The notes below the pieces were generated by a model. The model worked only from the letters and a program-made list of their open reading frames with translations. It had not been told where the DNA came from and did not search any database. From NCBI GenBank assembly GCA_964422415.1, contig CAYRBI010000003.1, positions 10,607-74,606 of the forward strand: 64,000 nt of DNA, given 5' to 3'. Position numbers and translations under genes: made by a program. Source of the stretch: an uncultured bacterium (GTDB lineage: Bacteria; Hinthialibacterota; Hinthialibacteria; OLB16). Shown here piece by piece: positions 38,192 through 48,779 of this stretch. Positions within the stretch are counted from its first letter, which is position 1. Each line of letters opens with the position of its first letter.

Positions 38192-39625
38192 ATGACCTTT
38201 AACTCTTTCACTTTTGTTTTCTTCTTTCTGATTGTCTACTCGCTCTACCTGATTCTCAACCATCGCGGGCAGAACCGGATGCTCCTGGTAGCGAGCATTA
38301 TCTTTTATGGCTGGTGGGACTGGCGCTTTCTCTCCCTGTTGTTTGTCTCGATCGGGATTGATTATGTATGCGGGTTGGGGATGGGATCGACAGAATCTCC
38401 CACGAAACGGCGCCTCTATCTCCTGATTGCAGTGTGCGGTGATCTAGGAATTCTATTCTTTTTCAAATACTTCAATTTTTTCCTGGAAACGGGGGCCGAG
38501 TTTCTCACCTTCCTGGGATTTCAGGCTCATCCCAAAACCCTAGGGATCATCCTCCCCATCGGGATTTCCTTTTACACCTTCCAGGCCATGAGCTACACCA
38601 TCGATGTCTACCGGCGGGAGACTCAACCGATCCGTAGTATCGCGGATTTCTGCTTGTACATCCTGTTCTTTCCCCAGCTGGTGGCTGGCCCCATCGAGCG
38701 TTCCACCAACCTGCTGCCCATGATCTTGAAGGAGCGGAGTTTAAATTGGCCGCAATTCAGGGCGGGGCTTTCGTTGATACTGATGGGGTATTTCAAGAAG
38801 ATCGTGGTGGCCGACAACCTGGCGCCAGTGGTGGATTCCGTCCTGGATTCTCCCGGCGTAATGCTTCTTTCTGGGGTAAATATCCTGATCGGGGTATATG
38901 CCTTCGCCTTTCAGATCTATGGTGATTTCGCGGGTTACAGCGATATCGCACGGGGAATGGCCAAGATGATGGGCTTTGAGCTGATGCTCAACTTCAACCG
39001 CCCGTATTTCGCCACCAATCCCTCGGATTTCTGGCGCCGTTGGCACATCAGCCTCTCCACCTGGCTGCGGGATTATCTCTACATTCCACTGGGCGGCAGC
39101 CGCCATGGAACCTTCGCCACCTACCGCAACCTCATGGTCACGATGGTGCTGGGGGGACTCTGGCATGGCGCGGCCATCCATTTCGTCCTGTGGGGTTTTT
39201 ACCATGGTCTCCTCTTGGTCCTCTACCGTCCGGTGGCCAATGGAATCACCCGTTTGACATCGGGATTGCCCACACTGTGGAGACAACCACTGACAGTTGT
39301 CTCGATGATCTTCATGTTCCACTTGAGCTGCTATGGCTGGCTGCTTTTCCGTGTGTCCACCTGGCGGCGGATTGGGATCATGACCAACCACCTCTTCACC
39401 CAATTCTCTCCAGGCACGATCCACCTGCCCTTCGTGGCTCCACTCCTGTACTTCGCGCTCCCACTCCTGCTCTATGAAATTATGCTGGAATCGAAAGCCC
39501 GGCCAGGTGGCCCACACCAGCCTATTCCAGTCTGGCTGAACAGTCTGATGCATGTGTACATGTTCACGATGATCCTGTGTCATGGAGTTTTGGAAGGTGC
39601 CCAGTTCATCTATTTTCAGTTTTGA
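38192..39625 (+). CDS. MBOAT-family membrane-bound O-acyltransferase (AlgI/DltB-like)
   Basis: 477 aa, polytopic. The conserved MBOAT block FWRRWHISLSTWLRDYLYIPLGGSRHG includes the catalytic His. Confidence 0.85.
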   Translation: MTFNSFTFVFFFLIVYSLYLILNHRGQNRMLLVASIIFYGWWDWRFLSLLFVSIGIDYVCGLGMGSTESPTKRRLYLLIAVCGDLGILFFFKYFNFFLETGAEFLTFLGFQAHPKTLGIILPIGISFYTFQAMSYTIDVYRRETQPIRSIADFCLYILFFPQLVAGPIERSTNLLPMILKERSLNWPQFRAGLSLILMGYFKKIVVADNLAPVVDSVLDSPGVMLLSGVNILIGVYAFAFQIYGDFAGYSDIARGMAKMMGFELMLNFNRPYFATNPSDFWRRWHISLSTWLRDYLYIPLGGSRHGTFATYRNLMVTMVLGGLWHGAAIHFVLWGFYHGLLLVLYRPVANGITRLTSGLPTLWRQPLTVVSMIFMFHLSCYGWLLFRVSTWRRIGIMTNHLFTQFSPGTIHLPFVAPLLYFALPLLLYEIMLESKARPGGPHQPIPVWLNSLMHVYMFTMILCHGVLEGAQFIYFQF

Positions 39626-40748
39626 ACTCATCCGCGAGCTGGCCAGCTCAATCCGTGCCCACTTCTCTCCACAGGACCGGTGGACCATTACATGGTGCAC
39701 TGTGTTCTTCCTTCCAGCCTTCGCGGTCTCGCTTCTGTCACCCATTGAGGTAGTCTCATCGAGATTCTTGAAATCCAATCCCATCCGTGTGGTCCATGAT
39801 CCCATCACGACCCCCAAGCTGGGGTTCTGCGAGGTGACTGAAGATGGCCTGGTCTACTACCCCACGGAGATCGAGGCCAACGCCTCGGTCCTTGTGATTG
39901 GGAACAGTCATTCAGACTGGATCATGTACCCACAGTGGATTGAACGGGAAGGACGTAACCAGAACCACCGGATCGCCGTCTACAGCGCGGCGCGTCCAGC
40001 CTGCTCCGCCATCGAAATGCTGGATACGCTCATTTATCTTCTAAAAACCACCTCACGGCGGTTCGATGCAATCCTCATCAAACCCGGCAATCCCTTCTTC
40101 GATGATATCGCCCATCCCTTCGAGAAGGAGAAATCAGACCCACTCATCGGGAGTGGCTTCTCGGTCATCTACACAGGGATGCCGTTAGCTGAATCTCCCT
40201 TCAGTTGGAGAGATCACCTCCAAACCGTCCTCCAGAAGCGGAGAACCGACCTGACCTTGATCGAACGCACGCACCGGATGAAACAAATGCACGACCAGAC
40301 TCTGCCTGGACCAGAGGTGGAACTTGTCACCAGCCTCCCCGCTGAGCTGCAGGCACTCATGGACCAGGAAGCAAACCGTCATGAACATGTTCTCACGGAG
40401 ATGGTCCGCATTTGCAAGGCGGCTGGAATCCCGCTGGCATTGATGACTACACCGGGAAGGCAATTCGATCTGACGGATCCAGAGGTCCTTGCGATGAAAT
40501 CCACCACCCCAGCCTTTTTTAATCGATATAGCCTTCTGGGCCTCAATCACCTGCTGACCGGGCGTTTCAATGCCTGCGTCCGGAAAGTGGTCTCCCAGGA
40601 GGGGAGCCAGATCATTGACACAGAGGCCTTCGTGGAGACCTTGCCGAAAGACGAGAACCATTACAGTGATTTTGTGCATCTCAACTTCAAAACCGAGGAG
40701 ATGCACGGAAAGTATGTATACCGCCGGCTGCGGGAGATGGGATTGTAG
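39582..40748 (+). CDS. membrane-anchored accessory protein of the MBOAT (DltD/AlgJ-like SGNH-type)
   Basis: 388 aa with one N-terminal TM helix. It is placed directly after, and overlapping, the MBOAT gene, as for dltB-dltD and algI-algJ pairs. LVIGNSHS resembles an SGNH block I. Start is uncertain because of the 44-nt overlap. Confidence 0.5.
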   Translation: MEFWKVPSSSIFSFELIRELASSIRAHFSPQDRWTITWCTVFFLPAFAVSLLSPIEVVSSRFLKSNPIRVVHDPITTPKLGFCEVTEDGLVYYPTEIEANASVLVIGNSHSDWIMYPQWIEREGRNQNHRIAVYSAARPACSAIEMLDTLIYLLKTTSRRFDAILIKPGNPFFDDIAHPFEKEKSDPLIGSGFSVIYTGMPLAESPFSWRDHLQTVLQKRRTDLTLIERTHRMKQMHDQTLPGPEVELVTSLPAELQALMDQEANRHEHVLTEMVRICKAAGIPLALMTTPGRQFDLTDPEVLAMKSTTPAFFNRYSLLGLNHLLTGRFNACVRKVVSQEGSQIIDTEAFVETLPKDENHYSDFVHLNFKTEEMHGKYVYRRLREMGL

Positions 40749-40763
40749 AATTGGTTTCGTATG

Positions 40764-40863
40764 CCCCCCCACCCTCCCCCGCCAGGGGGGAGGGGGCAGA
40801 ACACGCTAAAGCGTGAACAACTTGCAACGCCCTCCCCCCTGGCGGGGGAGGGTGGGGGGGGGG
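40764..40863. repeat. composite C-rich/G-rich hairpin pair flanking a CACGCTAAAGCGTGAACAAC motif
   Basis: The outer arms cccccccaccctccccc (40764-40780) and gggggagggtgggggggggg (40844-40863) enclose two inner hairpins, ccctccccc-gcca-gggggaggg and ccctcccccc-tggc-gggggaggg. The motif copy at 40802-40821 sits between them. It lies 16 bp after the DltD-like stop. Confidence 0.7.
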
Positions 40864-40932
40864 ATAAAGAACACAAGTTACACTAATTCATTCCGCCTTG
40901 TTCCTCACCTTCTCAATCCCTAAGATCAATCC

Positions 40933-43185
40933 ATGTCGCCCTTGCGTTCAAGAAAACTCACATTGCTCTTCCGCTTCTTCATCATACTTCTCCTTCTCGC
41001 GGGAATCGGTTGGTGGGTGGCCGGCCAGCTGACACGGGTGCCGGTGCGGGAGCCGGCCCGGAAGGTCTTTGTCCTCGGCTTCGATGGGGTCGATCCGCGT
41101 CTATGCCGGGAGTACATGGAGAAAGGATTGATGCCCAACCTGACCGCACTAGCCAAGGAGGGGACCTTCACGGATATGGGAACAGTGAATCCCTCACAGT
41201 CTCCAGTGTCCTGGAGTTCCTTCGCGGTGGGGGGTGACCCCGGTCAACATGGAGTCTTCGACTTCCTGACCCGGACGGGTCAGGACCCAACCTATCTCCC
41301 CAGTCCAGAGTCTTTTGTGGGACAGATCGAGGCCCGCTTTTTCGCGGGCATCCCCATCCGCCGTCCCCAGGCCATCAACAAGCGTGGGGGACGGGCCTTC
41401 TGGGATTACGCGGCTGAGGCGGGTATCAAGACCGCATTGGTGATGATTCCCGTCACCTTCGCGCCGCCCCGCCTCCCCAATGGGCTGGCTGTGTCGGGGC
41501 TGGGAGTCCCGGATCTGTGCGGAACCCAAGCCACTTATTTCTATCTCACCTCGAATCCCCGAAAGCTGAGTTTGGGCAAGATGACCGAGATGGGAGGAGT
41601 TGTCAGCATCCTGTCACGGAATGGAGATGTGTACCGGGGACAACTCGCGGGTCCTCCTTCCCCGCTTTGGAAACAAGAACGCTCCAAGAAAGCAGCGCAG
41701 CTGGCCAACGCCAAGGAACAGACCAAACAGACAGGTCTTCCCATTGAAAAGAAGAAGGCCCTTGAAGGTGAGGTGGCCCGGCTCCAGAGTGGATTGAACG
41801 CCTTCGCGGCCAATCCGGAACGGCTCTCCATGCCAATCGAGATTACACCACTGCCCGGCAAACAGATGGCTCGGGTGCAGGTGGATGAGGAGGCCCAGGA
41901 AGTCACTGTAGGGACATGGAGCGGCTGGTTCCGCGTTCACTTCAAAGTAACCCGCTTGATCTCCGCTTACGGTATCTGCAAGGTGCTCCTCCAATCGGTC
42001 ACTCCCGATGTGAAGATCTATGTCTCTCCAATCGAAATCGACCCCGAGAGACCGGTCATCCCGATCTGCTGCCCTCAAGACTACACCCGGCGGCTGGCCA
42101 AGAAGATCGGGCTCTTTAAAACCCGTGGCTGGGAGGCCGACACGGCGGGACTGAAGGAGGGCGCCATCGATGAGAAGGCCTTCCTCGAGGACACCTTCGA
42201 AGTGATGGACAAACACACGGAAATGGTCCTGGAGACCCTGGATGAGGATGACTGGGGCTTGTTTGTGGCGGTCTTGTCCGAGACCGACCGGATCAGCCAC
42301 CTGATGTGGCGGCTGATCGATCCCACGCATCCCATGTATGACCCGGAACTCGCGCGGGATTATGGAGACTCAATTCAAAAGGTCTATCAGAAGATGGATT
42401 CCGTGGTGGGCAAGTTCCGCGCCAAGGTCGACACCAGCAAGACCGATTTCTATGTCATCTCGGATCATGGATTCCGGTCTTTCCGGACTGGAGTTAATTT
42501 GAATACCTGGCTCTCACGCAACGGCCCGGGAGCGGACTCCACACGGCCCTTCATGAAGCTGCGGCTCCCGGCCAACCGGAAGTACACTCTTGAGGACATC
42601 TTCGGAGGAAACACCGACTTCTTCAAAACCAATGTGTATGACCCGGTCGAGGGAGTTACCAAGAGTGAGTATTATGTGAGTTGGAAAGACACCAAGGCTT
42701 TCGCCTTAGGGCTGGGATCGATCTTCATCAACCTCAAGGGACGCGAAACCTGGGGGTGCGTGGCCAAATCCGAGTACAACGCCGTACGCGATGAGATCAT
42801 CCAGGGGCTTGAGAGCCTAACCGATCCGGCCACTGGACAACGGGTGGTCCACAGGGTCTACCGTGGAACCGACATCTATCATGGCCCTTATGCCAATCCG
42901 GATAGCGTTGCTTTCCCTGACTTGGTGGTAGGATTCGAGGACGGCTACCGGGTGGGCTGGCAATCGACCTTGGGTGGAATCTCAGATGACATCCTGACCC
43001 CCAACCGGGAAAAGTGGAGTGGCGACCACTGTGGAGTAGATCCCACACTGACCAGTGGCATTCTGTTCTGTACTGGATCTCTGGCGGTCAAGGATCCCAA
43101 CATCATTGATCTGGCAACCACGATCATGGCCACGCTGGAGGTACCTCATCCGCCCTTGCAGGGACGGAATCTGAGAAGCAAATAA
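40933..43185 (+). CDS. alkaline-phosphatase-superfamily phosphodiesterase / nucleotide pyrophosphatase family protein
   Basis: 750 aa with an N-terminal TM/signal anchor. FVLGFDGVDPRL and NPSQSPVSWSSFAVGG form a type I phosphodiesterase-like metal/nucleophile region. C-terminal HCGVD-type and SDHGF metal ligands are present. Confidence 0.65.
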   Translation: MSPLRSRKLTLLFRFFIILLLLAGIGWWVAGQLTRVPVREPARKVFVLGFDGVDPRLCREYMEKGLMPNLTALAKEGTFTDMGTVNPSQSPVSWSSFAVGGDPGQHGVFDFLTRTGQDPTYLPSPESFVGQIEARFFAGIPIRRPQAINKRGGRAFWDYAAEAGIKTALVMIPVTFAPPRLPNGLAVSGLGVPDLCGTQATYFYLTSNPRKLSLGKMTEMGGVVSILSRNGDVYRGQLAGPPSPLWKQERSKKAAQLANAKEQTKQTGLPIEKKKALEGEVARLQSGLNAFAANPERLSMPIEITPLPGKQMARVQVDEEAQEVTVGTWSGWFRVHFKVTRLISAYGICKVLLQSVTPDVKIYVSPIEIDPERPVIPICCPQDYTRRLAKKIGLFKTRGWEADTAGLKEGAIDEKAFLEDTFEVMDKHTEMVLETLDEDDWGLFVAVLSETDRISHLMWRLIDPTHPMYDPELARDYGDSIQKVYQKMDSVVGKFRAKVDTSKTDFYVISDHGFRSFRTGVNLNTWLSRNGPGADSTRPFMKLRLPANRKYTLEDIFGGNTDFFKTNVYDPVEGVTKSEYYVSWKDTKAFALGLGSIFINLKGRETWGCVAKSEYNAVRDEIIQGLESLTDPATGQRVVHRVYRGTDIYHGPYANPDSVAFPDLVVGFEDGYRVGWQSTLGGISDDILTPNREKWSGDHCGVDPTLTSGILFCTGSLAVKDPNIIDLATTIMATLEVPHPPLQGRNLRSK

Positions 43186-43196
43186 AAGGAAACCGC

Positions 43197-46031
43197 ATGA
43201 CCGAAGCTGTCACCACATCCAAAGCGCCGGGCCTCGATCCCATCGTCCTGGAACTACGCAAGTTCCATCAGGATGGCCTTGAGCGTATCGCCAACCGGCA
43301 CCGGTCCGGGACAGGCGGAACCCAGATCGTGGATGAAACCACGGGCCTGATGGACCAATTGGTAATGAAGATCTGGCAGCACGCGTTGCGGGAGGGCTCA
43401 CGCAACTCGCCCATCGACCTGTCAGCCAATCCGCCACGGGTCTCACTGGTGGCCATCGGCGGATATGGACGCGCGCAACTACATCCCCGCTCCGATGTGG
43501 ATATCCTCTTTCTACACCGGAAGAAGCTCACGGAGCTCGAGGAGGAGCTCATCAAATCCACCCTGCGGACCCTGTGGGATGTGGGACTGGATATTGGTCA
43601 CGCGGTACGTACCACCACGGACTGTATCCGCATGGCCGGAGCGGATCTGGATACCCAGACCTCACTTATGGAGAACCGCTATCTCGCCGGCAACCGTCCC
43701 CTCTACGAGGAGTTTCACCGCCGTTACCGGAACTCCATGGCGGGACATGGTATCCGCAAGTTTATCCAGAACAAGGAAGCGGAGCGCCAAGAACGCTACC
43801 GCCGGCATGGGGACACCATCGCCATCCAAGAACCCAACATCAAGGAGAGCGCAGGCGGACTGAGAGACCTGCACCACGCCATCTGGCTGGCGCTGGCCAT
43901 GTATGACATCCCCTCCTTGGCGGGTATCCGCCGGAGAGGACTCGTACGGGAACCCTTTTATGGCCAGTTGCATGATTCGGTGGACTTCATGTTGCGTGTC
44001 CGCAATGAGCTACACCTGACCCTCAAGACCAACTCCAACCGCCTCAACTTCGAGATTCAGGAACAGGTGGCCAAGTCCTTCCGCTACCGGGATGAGGGAG
44101 GCAATCTCGCCGAGGAAAGCTTGATGCGGGATTACTACACCGCCGCCGCCCGCATTCAAATGTTCGCCGACCGGATGACGAATCACTGTCTGAAGCCGCC
44201 CCGCTGGAAATCGTGGCTCGCTCTTTTCCAACGGAACGAACTCGAGGAGGGCTACCTCCTTCGCGAGGGCGTCCTATCAGTCCGGGAACCGGAAACCTTT
44301 TTCATCAACCACTCTGAACGTATCATCCGGTTGTTCGAGATCTCCCAAAAGACCGGCTGCGCTTTCGATGGTGAGTTGCTCTCGGAGCTATCCAGGATTC
44401 TGAGTGGCATCACCGCAGAGGACTTGTGTAACTCCAGGGAGGTGGGGGCCAAGGTGATGGAGATGCTCTCCCGCCGGGGACGTGTGGGACCTGTCCTGCG
44501 TGGGCTCTACGAGACGGGGGTACTGGACATTCTGATGCCCGAGTTCTCAGTCGTGCGTTTCTTGCCACGCCGCGATCTATACCACCGTTACACAGTCGAT
44601 GAACACTCCATCCTGACCACCGAAATCCTGGATGGGTTGGCGGATGAACATTTTCCAGAGGCTCCCTGCCTGCCGGTGGAGGAGCTGGCCTCACGCTTCC
44701 CCGAGACCAACCGGCGATGGCGGTGGTGGGACAACGATCCGATCATCACAACCCCTCGCGGAGAGGGTGAGTCCACCAAGCGGACGGATATCATGAGCCT
44801 GCCCATCTACAGCCAGACCGGGACCAACATCATCCGCGATATTCGCGCCATCTTCGCGGGTGTCACCCAACCGGGATTACTCTATCTGGCCACGTTCCTC
44901 CATGACATTGGCAAGGGACGCGGGGGCGACCACCATATCAAAGGCGCGACCCTCTCCTACCAGATCGCACGGCGGTTGTGTTTGAATGATCCAGACACGG
45001 ATCTGGTCATCTTCCTGGTCGAAAGACATCTCGAGTTCGCTAAGGTGGCCTTCCGTTTTGACACTCAAGACTTCGCCACGGTACAGGAGTTCGCCAGCTG
45101 GTGTGATACACGCGAGAAATTGGACAACCTGTACCTGCTCACATTGGCGGACATATGGGCGGTTAACACCGATTTGTTGACCGAATGGAAGCTGTCCATG
45201 CTTCACCAGTTTTATAAGGAGGTGTGTGCGTTCTTGGATGACCGGGCGGCAGTGGAAGCGAAACACGCGGAGGAACAGAAGGTCGCGTATACAAAATTCC
45301 TGGCGGAACTTCCCCGGGACATCACGGAGAATGAGGCTGAACGTCACATTAAAAGAATGCCGCCGCCTTATCTCATCAAACAGAGCGAGGACACGATCCA
45401 TCACCACTTGCGCCTCTTACGGAAATACACCGGTGAGAACCCGGTGGTGGGATGCCGTCAGACCTTGCCGAACCTTCTCGAGGTGGCCGCCATACAGCCC
45501 TCCAAGATCGGCAACTTCATGCGTTCCGTTCGTCCCCTCTCGAGCTTGGGATTGAGTATCACCGAGGCACGCATCTTTGTCCGCGATGATGGCGTCACCT
45601 TCACCACCCTGGTGGCACACCACCAGGAGGGGTCGGAGTTCGGCGAAGAGATGATCCATAAGGTGATTGAAAGGACTACGGACTCTTTGCAGGACAAGTG
45701 GGATGAAAGTTGGAATCCACGTCCCGTCAAGCAGCCCGATCGTGGCCGGTCACGAATCACCCCAACCGTGGAGGTCCTCAATCAGGCCTCTCCCAAGTAT
45801 ACCGTGATCGAGGTGCGCTGCGCGGATGCCATCGGAGTGCTGGTACGGATCGCCACGGTGTTCGCCAAGTATGGCTTGGATATTGGATTCGCGCGGATCC
45901 ACACGGAGGGACAACGGGTGATCGACACCTTCTATGTGCTGGACTCCAACCGGCGGAAATTTGAAGAGCCACAAAAGATCAACTGGTTAAAGAACTCGAT
46001 GATCAAGGCGCTCAATGAGTTGCTCGGATGA
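43197..46031 (+). CDS. glnD: bifunctional [protein-PII] uridylyltransferase / uridylyl-removing enzyme
   Basis: NTase domain (AIGGYGRAQLHPRSDVDILFL), HD domain (FLHDIGKGRGGDHHIKGA), and two C-terminal ACT domains. AAAAGGAAA lies upstream of the ATG. Confidence 0.9.
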   Translation: MTEAVTTSKAPGLDPIVLELRKFHQDGLERIANRHRSGTGGTQIVDETTGLMDQLVMKIWQHALREGSRNSPIDLSANPPRVSLVAIGGYGRAQLHPRSDVDILFLHRKKLTELEEELIKSTLRTLWDVGLDIGHAVRTTTDCIRMAGADLDTQTSLMENRYLAGNRPLYEEFHRRYRNSMAGHGIRKFIQNKEAERQERYRRHGDTIAIQEPNIKESAGGLRDLHHAIWLALAMYDIPSLAGIRRRGLVREPFYGQLHDSVDFMLRVRNELHLTLKTNSNRLNFEIQEQVAKSFRYRDEGGNLAEESLMRDYYTAAARIQMFADRMTNHCLKPPRWKSWLALFQRNELEEGYLLREGVLSVREPETFFINHSERIIRLFEISQKTGCAFDGELLSELSRILSGITAEDLCNSREVGAKVMEMLSRRGRVGPVLRGLYETGVLDILMPEFSVVRFLPRRDLYHRYTVDEHSILTTEILDGLADEHFPEAPCLPVEELASRFPETNRRWRWWDNDPIITTPRGEGESTKRTDIMSLPIYSQTGTNIIRDIRAIFAGVTQPGLLYLATFLHDIGKGRGGDHHIKGATLSYQIARRLCLNDPDTDLVIFLVERHLEFAKVAFRFDTQDFATVQEFASWCDTREKLDNLYLLTLADIWAVNTDLLTEWKLSMLHQFYKEVCAFLDDRAAVEAKHAEEQKVAYTKFLAELPRDITENEAERHIKRMPPPYLIKQSEDTIHHHLRLLRKYTGENPVVGCRQTLPNLLEVAAIQPSKIGNFMRSVRPLSSLGLSITEARIFVRDDGVTFTTLVAHHQEGSEFGEEMIHKVIERTTDSLQDKWDESWNPRPVKQPDRGRSRITPTVEVLNQASPKYTVIEVRCADAIGVLVRIATVFAKYGLDIGFARIHTEGQRVIDTFYVLDSNRRKFEEPQKINWLKNSMIKALNELLG

Positions 46032-46993
46032 AGAGAAGCCCAGGAACGATCCCGCTCAGAGAGGCCCTGAGGTTCCAACTGGCCTCGATTCCGGGAATGG
46101 GGCCGGTCTCCTTACAGAGATTGGAGGCCCGCTTCGGCAGTCCGGAACGGATCCTGGCCGCCAGTGAGTCCGAACTACGCGGTGTAGTCCGGAGAGATAT
46201 CGCCGCGAATCTTCTCGAGGCCGCGCGGGATATCCACATTGGCCGGGAGATCCTCGAGGCCCTGGAGTCCTCCGGGACCCATATCCTGTATCCCGACTCC
46301 CCTGGCGTTCCCTCTCGTCTGCTACGCCATACTGGAGAGTGGCATTTCCTGACCCATCTGGGAGATCCAGGACTCTGGGATTCTCCGCCGGTAGTGGGGA
46401 TGGTAGGACGCCGCCGCGCCAGCAATGAGGGAGTCGATTTCGCGCAGGAGTTGGCCGCTGAATTCGCCCGGCGGGGTGTAGTCACGCTCTCAGGTATGGC
46501 CCAAGGCATTGACCGTGCTTCTCATTTCGGTAGCCTGACCGCCAATGGCCTCACGGTCGCGGTCCTACCCATGGGGTTGCTCCGGTTTATCAAGGAAATC
46601 ACCCACTGGACCGCGGTACGGGATGCCGTGGAGGCCGGACGTCTCCTGTTAGTCTCGGGAGCTCCTCCCATGCAGGTCTGGTCGGTTTCCGAGGCGATGC
46701 GCCGAAATCAATGGATTGCCAGCTGGTGTGATGCACTTGTGGTTATAGAAGCAGGAGACAAGGGCGGAACCTGGAAGACCGCCAGTTGCGCGGTCCGCTA
46801 TGAACGTCCTTTATGGGTGGTTTCCGGTTTCGCCAGCTCCGAGGCTGGGACCGGAAATCAAGAGATAATCTCACGCCTCGGTGCACGCAGGCTTGAGTGT
46901 CGAAGACCCCTACCTGACCTTGCGGATGAGATACTCAAAGCGTGTATTCGATTAAAAAAAAACGGGCCCTCTGGGAAACTCTTTGATCTCTGA
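46028..46993 (+). CDS. dprA: DNA-processing protein A (DprA/Smf)
   Basis: Rossmann-like DprA core with GMAQGIDRASH (the GxAxGID motif). It runs ...VGRRRASNEG through ...LVVIEAGDKGGT. The start overlaps the glnD stop (ATGA). Confidence 0.8.
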   Translation: MKRSPGTIPLREALRFQLASIPGMGPVSLQRLEARFGSPERILAASESELRGVVRRDIAANLLEAARDIHIGREILEALESSGTHILYPDSPGVPSRLLRHTGEWHFLTHLGDPGLWDSPPVVGMVGRRRASNEGVDFAQELAAEFARRGVVTLSGMAQGIDRASHFGSLTANGLTVAVLPMGLLRFIKEITHWTAVRDAVEAGRLLLVSGAPPMQVWSVSEAMRRNQWIASWCDALVVIEAGDKGGTWKTASCAVRYERPLWVVSGFASSEAGTGNQEIISRLGARRLECRRPLPDLADEILKACIRLKKNGPSGKLFDL

Positions 46994-47201
46994 GGACTTA
47001 TGATTTTGTATCCACTTTTCCAATAGCGGTGTTGTAACCGGAGTCTGGTTCAAATCCACTTAAAAGTCGGATTTTATTGGGTGATTGAGTTTTTCAGGGG
47101 TTTCAAAATAGTGGCTTGACAGAGTATGTATTGAGGCTCAATGTATTCACTTCAATGCTTTGGCATGTATGGTGTATACCCCGTGGAAAGGAGTCGTAAA
47201 G

Positions 47202-48737
47202 ATGAGAGCGAAGTTGTTTGTAGTGTTACTAATTTCCTTACTAGCAGTACCAGCATTCGCACAGGTCCCTTATGCGAATCCAGCCGCCGCAGGTATCGAG
47301 GTGTTAGTGGCCGAGAGGGTCATGTTTGCAAATGACATGGTCAATCAGGGCAACTGGGAACCGTACGCCTCCGCATTCGGAGATGGCACACTGTGCCTCG
47401 CGGCCAACACGGAAGGACAAGAATCGGAGACTGTTACGACACCCGCAGCTGATACTGAGCGGGTAGCTGTGGCCTTCTTTAATACGGATGGCACGGTTCA
47501 AGAAGTGCCCGGCTTCTACTACAGTGTTTCTCCCGCCAAACCATGGGTGACAACAAATGATACCTTTCGTAGAAATGGAAATCCCCCGCGTATCGGCGCC
47601 GACAAACGTCCCGGCTCTACCAAATATGTGGTTGCCAATGAGTGCACTCCCGCCGATCTCACGGAATTTTTCCCCACCTTTGGGAATGGTTTTACCTACG
47701 GTGCAAACACCTATGGCTGTTACCAGTTGTTGAACAAGACCACAGCGGGTCCGGTACCCATTGGCCCGGTCACCGATCCCACCTATGGGCAATACACGAC
47801 TGGGACGCAGGTGGATGCGATCCGCTACGGTGGGGACGTCCGCGCCCTGTCCAATGGCAACTACATCTCCACTGTTGAAGACCGGAATGCGATCTTCAAC
47901 CCCAACACCAACCGGGTAACCGTGGGCGCCCTCATCAGTGGTGACACGGGATTGGTGATCGGCTCCCCCTTCAACTGCAACATGTTCAATCCCGATAACG
48001 GCACCGATTGCTGGAGTGGCTTGGCGGCCTTTAACGGTGGATTCGCGGTGAAACCGGAACTCAGCGCGGACACCAACTACAGCATCTTCTTCTTCGACAA
48101 CTCGGGCGCTTATCAGGGATCATGGGAGAGAGACCTCCGCACCGAGATCGGAACTCCTCTCCCGCCAGCTGAGGGATACACCTATAACACCTCGATCTCC
48201 TCTGAAGGCCGTGGAGATGATTTCCGTATCGATTCCGATATCCGCAGCAACTATGTCTATTACGCTGGCAAGGGAATGGATGCCACGGGAACAGGCTCGA
48301 TGGCTGTCTATGTCACCAAGATCGATGCCACCACCCGCAAGACCGTCAAGGAAGTCTGTGCGAACGATGGATACAGCACCATTCTGGGTGGTCCCGACCG
48401 TGTCAATGTGTGCGTGGATGAAAACGGCATTGTGTTTGTCTGCTGGAGTGACAAATCCAATACCACTTACAAACAAATTGCTGGCCGTTTCTATGATGCC
48501 GACCTGAATCCGTTATCCGATCTCTTCCTGTGCTTCACCTCCAGCGAAAAAGGTCCCGACCCAGTTAAGGCTTTTGATGTGAATTGCCCCACCTGCGCCA
48601 TGGCTAATGGACGTTGCCTGGTCGCTTGCAGGATTGACAACGAACCCGCTGATGGATCATACCTGGATGAGGATCAGATCGCCATCGTGTTGAAGATCCC
48701 GGTTGCCTCGGCTGTCGGTAACTGGAACAAATACTGA
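47202..48737 (+). CDS. secreted hypothetical protein (Gly/Asn/Thr-rich, beta-rich)
   Basis: Start at the ATG at 47202, with GGAG 10 nt upstream, giving the signal peptide MRAKLFVVLLISLLAVPAFAQ. An AT-rich promoter-like region lies upstream. No family motif was recognised. Confidence 0.6.
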   Translation: MRAKLFVVLLISLLAVPAFAQVPYANPAAAGIEVLVAERVMFANDMVNQGNWEPYASAFGDGTLCLAANTEGQESETVTTPAADTERVAVAFFNTDGTVQEVPGFYYSVSPAKPWVTTNDTFRRNGNPPRIGADKRPGSTKYVVANECTPADLTEFFPTFGNGFTYGANTYGCYQLLNKTTAGPVPIGPVTDPTYGQYTTGTQVDAIRYGGDVRALSNGNYISTVEDRNAIFNPNTNRVTVGALISGDTGLVIGSPFNCNMFNPDNGTDCWSGLAAFNGGFAVKPELSADTNYSIFFFDNSGAYQGSWERDLRTEIGTPLPPAEGYTYNTSISSEGRGDDFRIDSDIRSNYVYYAGKGMDATGTGSMAVYVTKIDATTRKTVKEVCANDGYSTILGGPDRVNVCVDENGIVFVCWSDKSNTTYKQIAGRFYDADLNPLSDLFLCFTSSEKGPDPVKAFDVNCPTCAMANGRCLVACRIDNEPADGSYLDEDQIAIVLKIPVASAVGNWNKY

Positions 48738-48779
48738 GAATCTGTTGCTTTTCTGAAGAAGATCAGATGAAGTTGATTT

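Noticed and set aside
38741-39817. 358-aa minus-strand ORF antisense to the MBOAT gene
   Set aside because: It is a shadow ORF. The MBOAT signature is on the plus strand.
41614-42330. 238-aa minus-strand ORF antisense to the phosphodiesterase gene
   Set aside because: It is a shadow ORF with no motifs.
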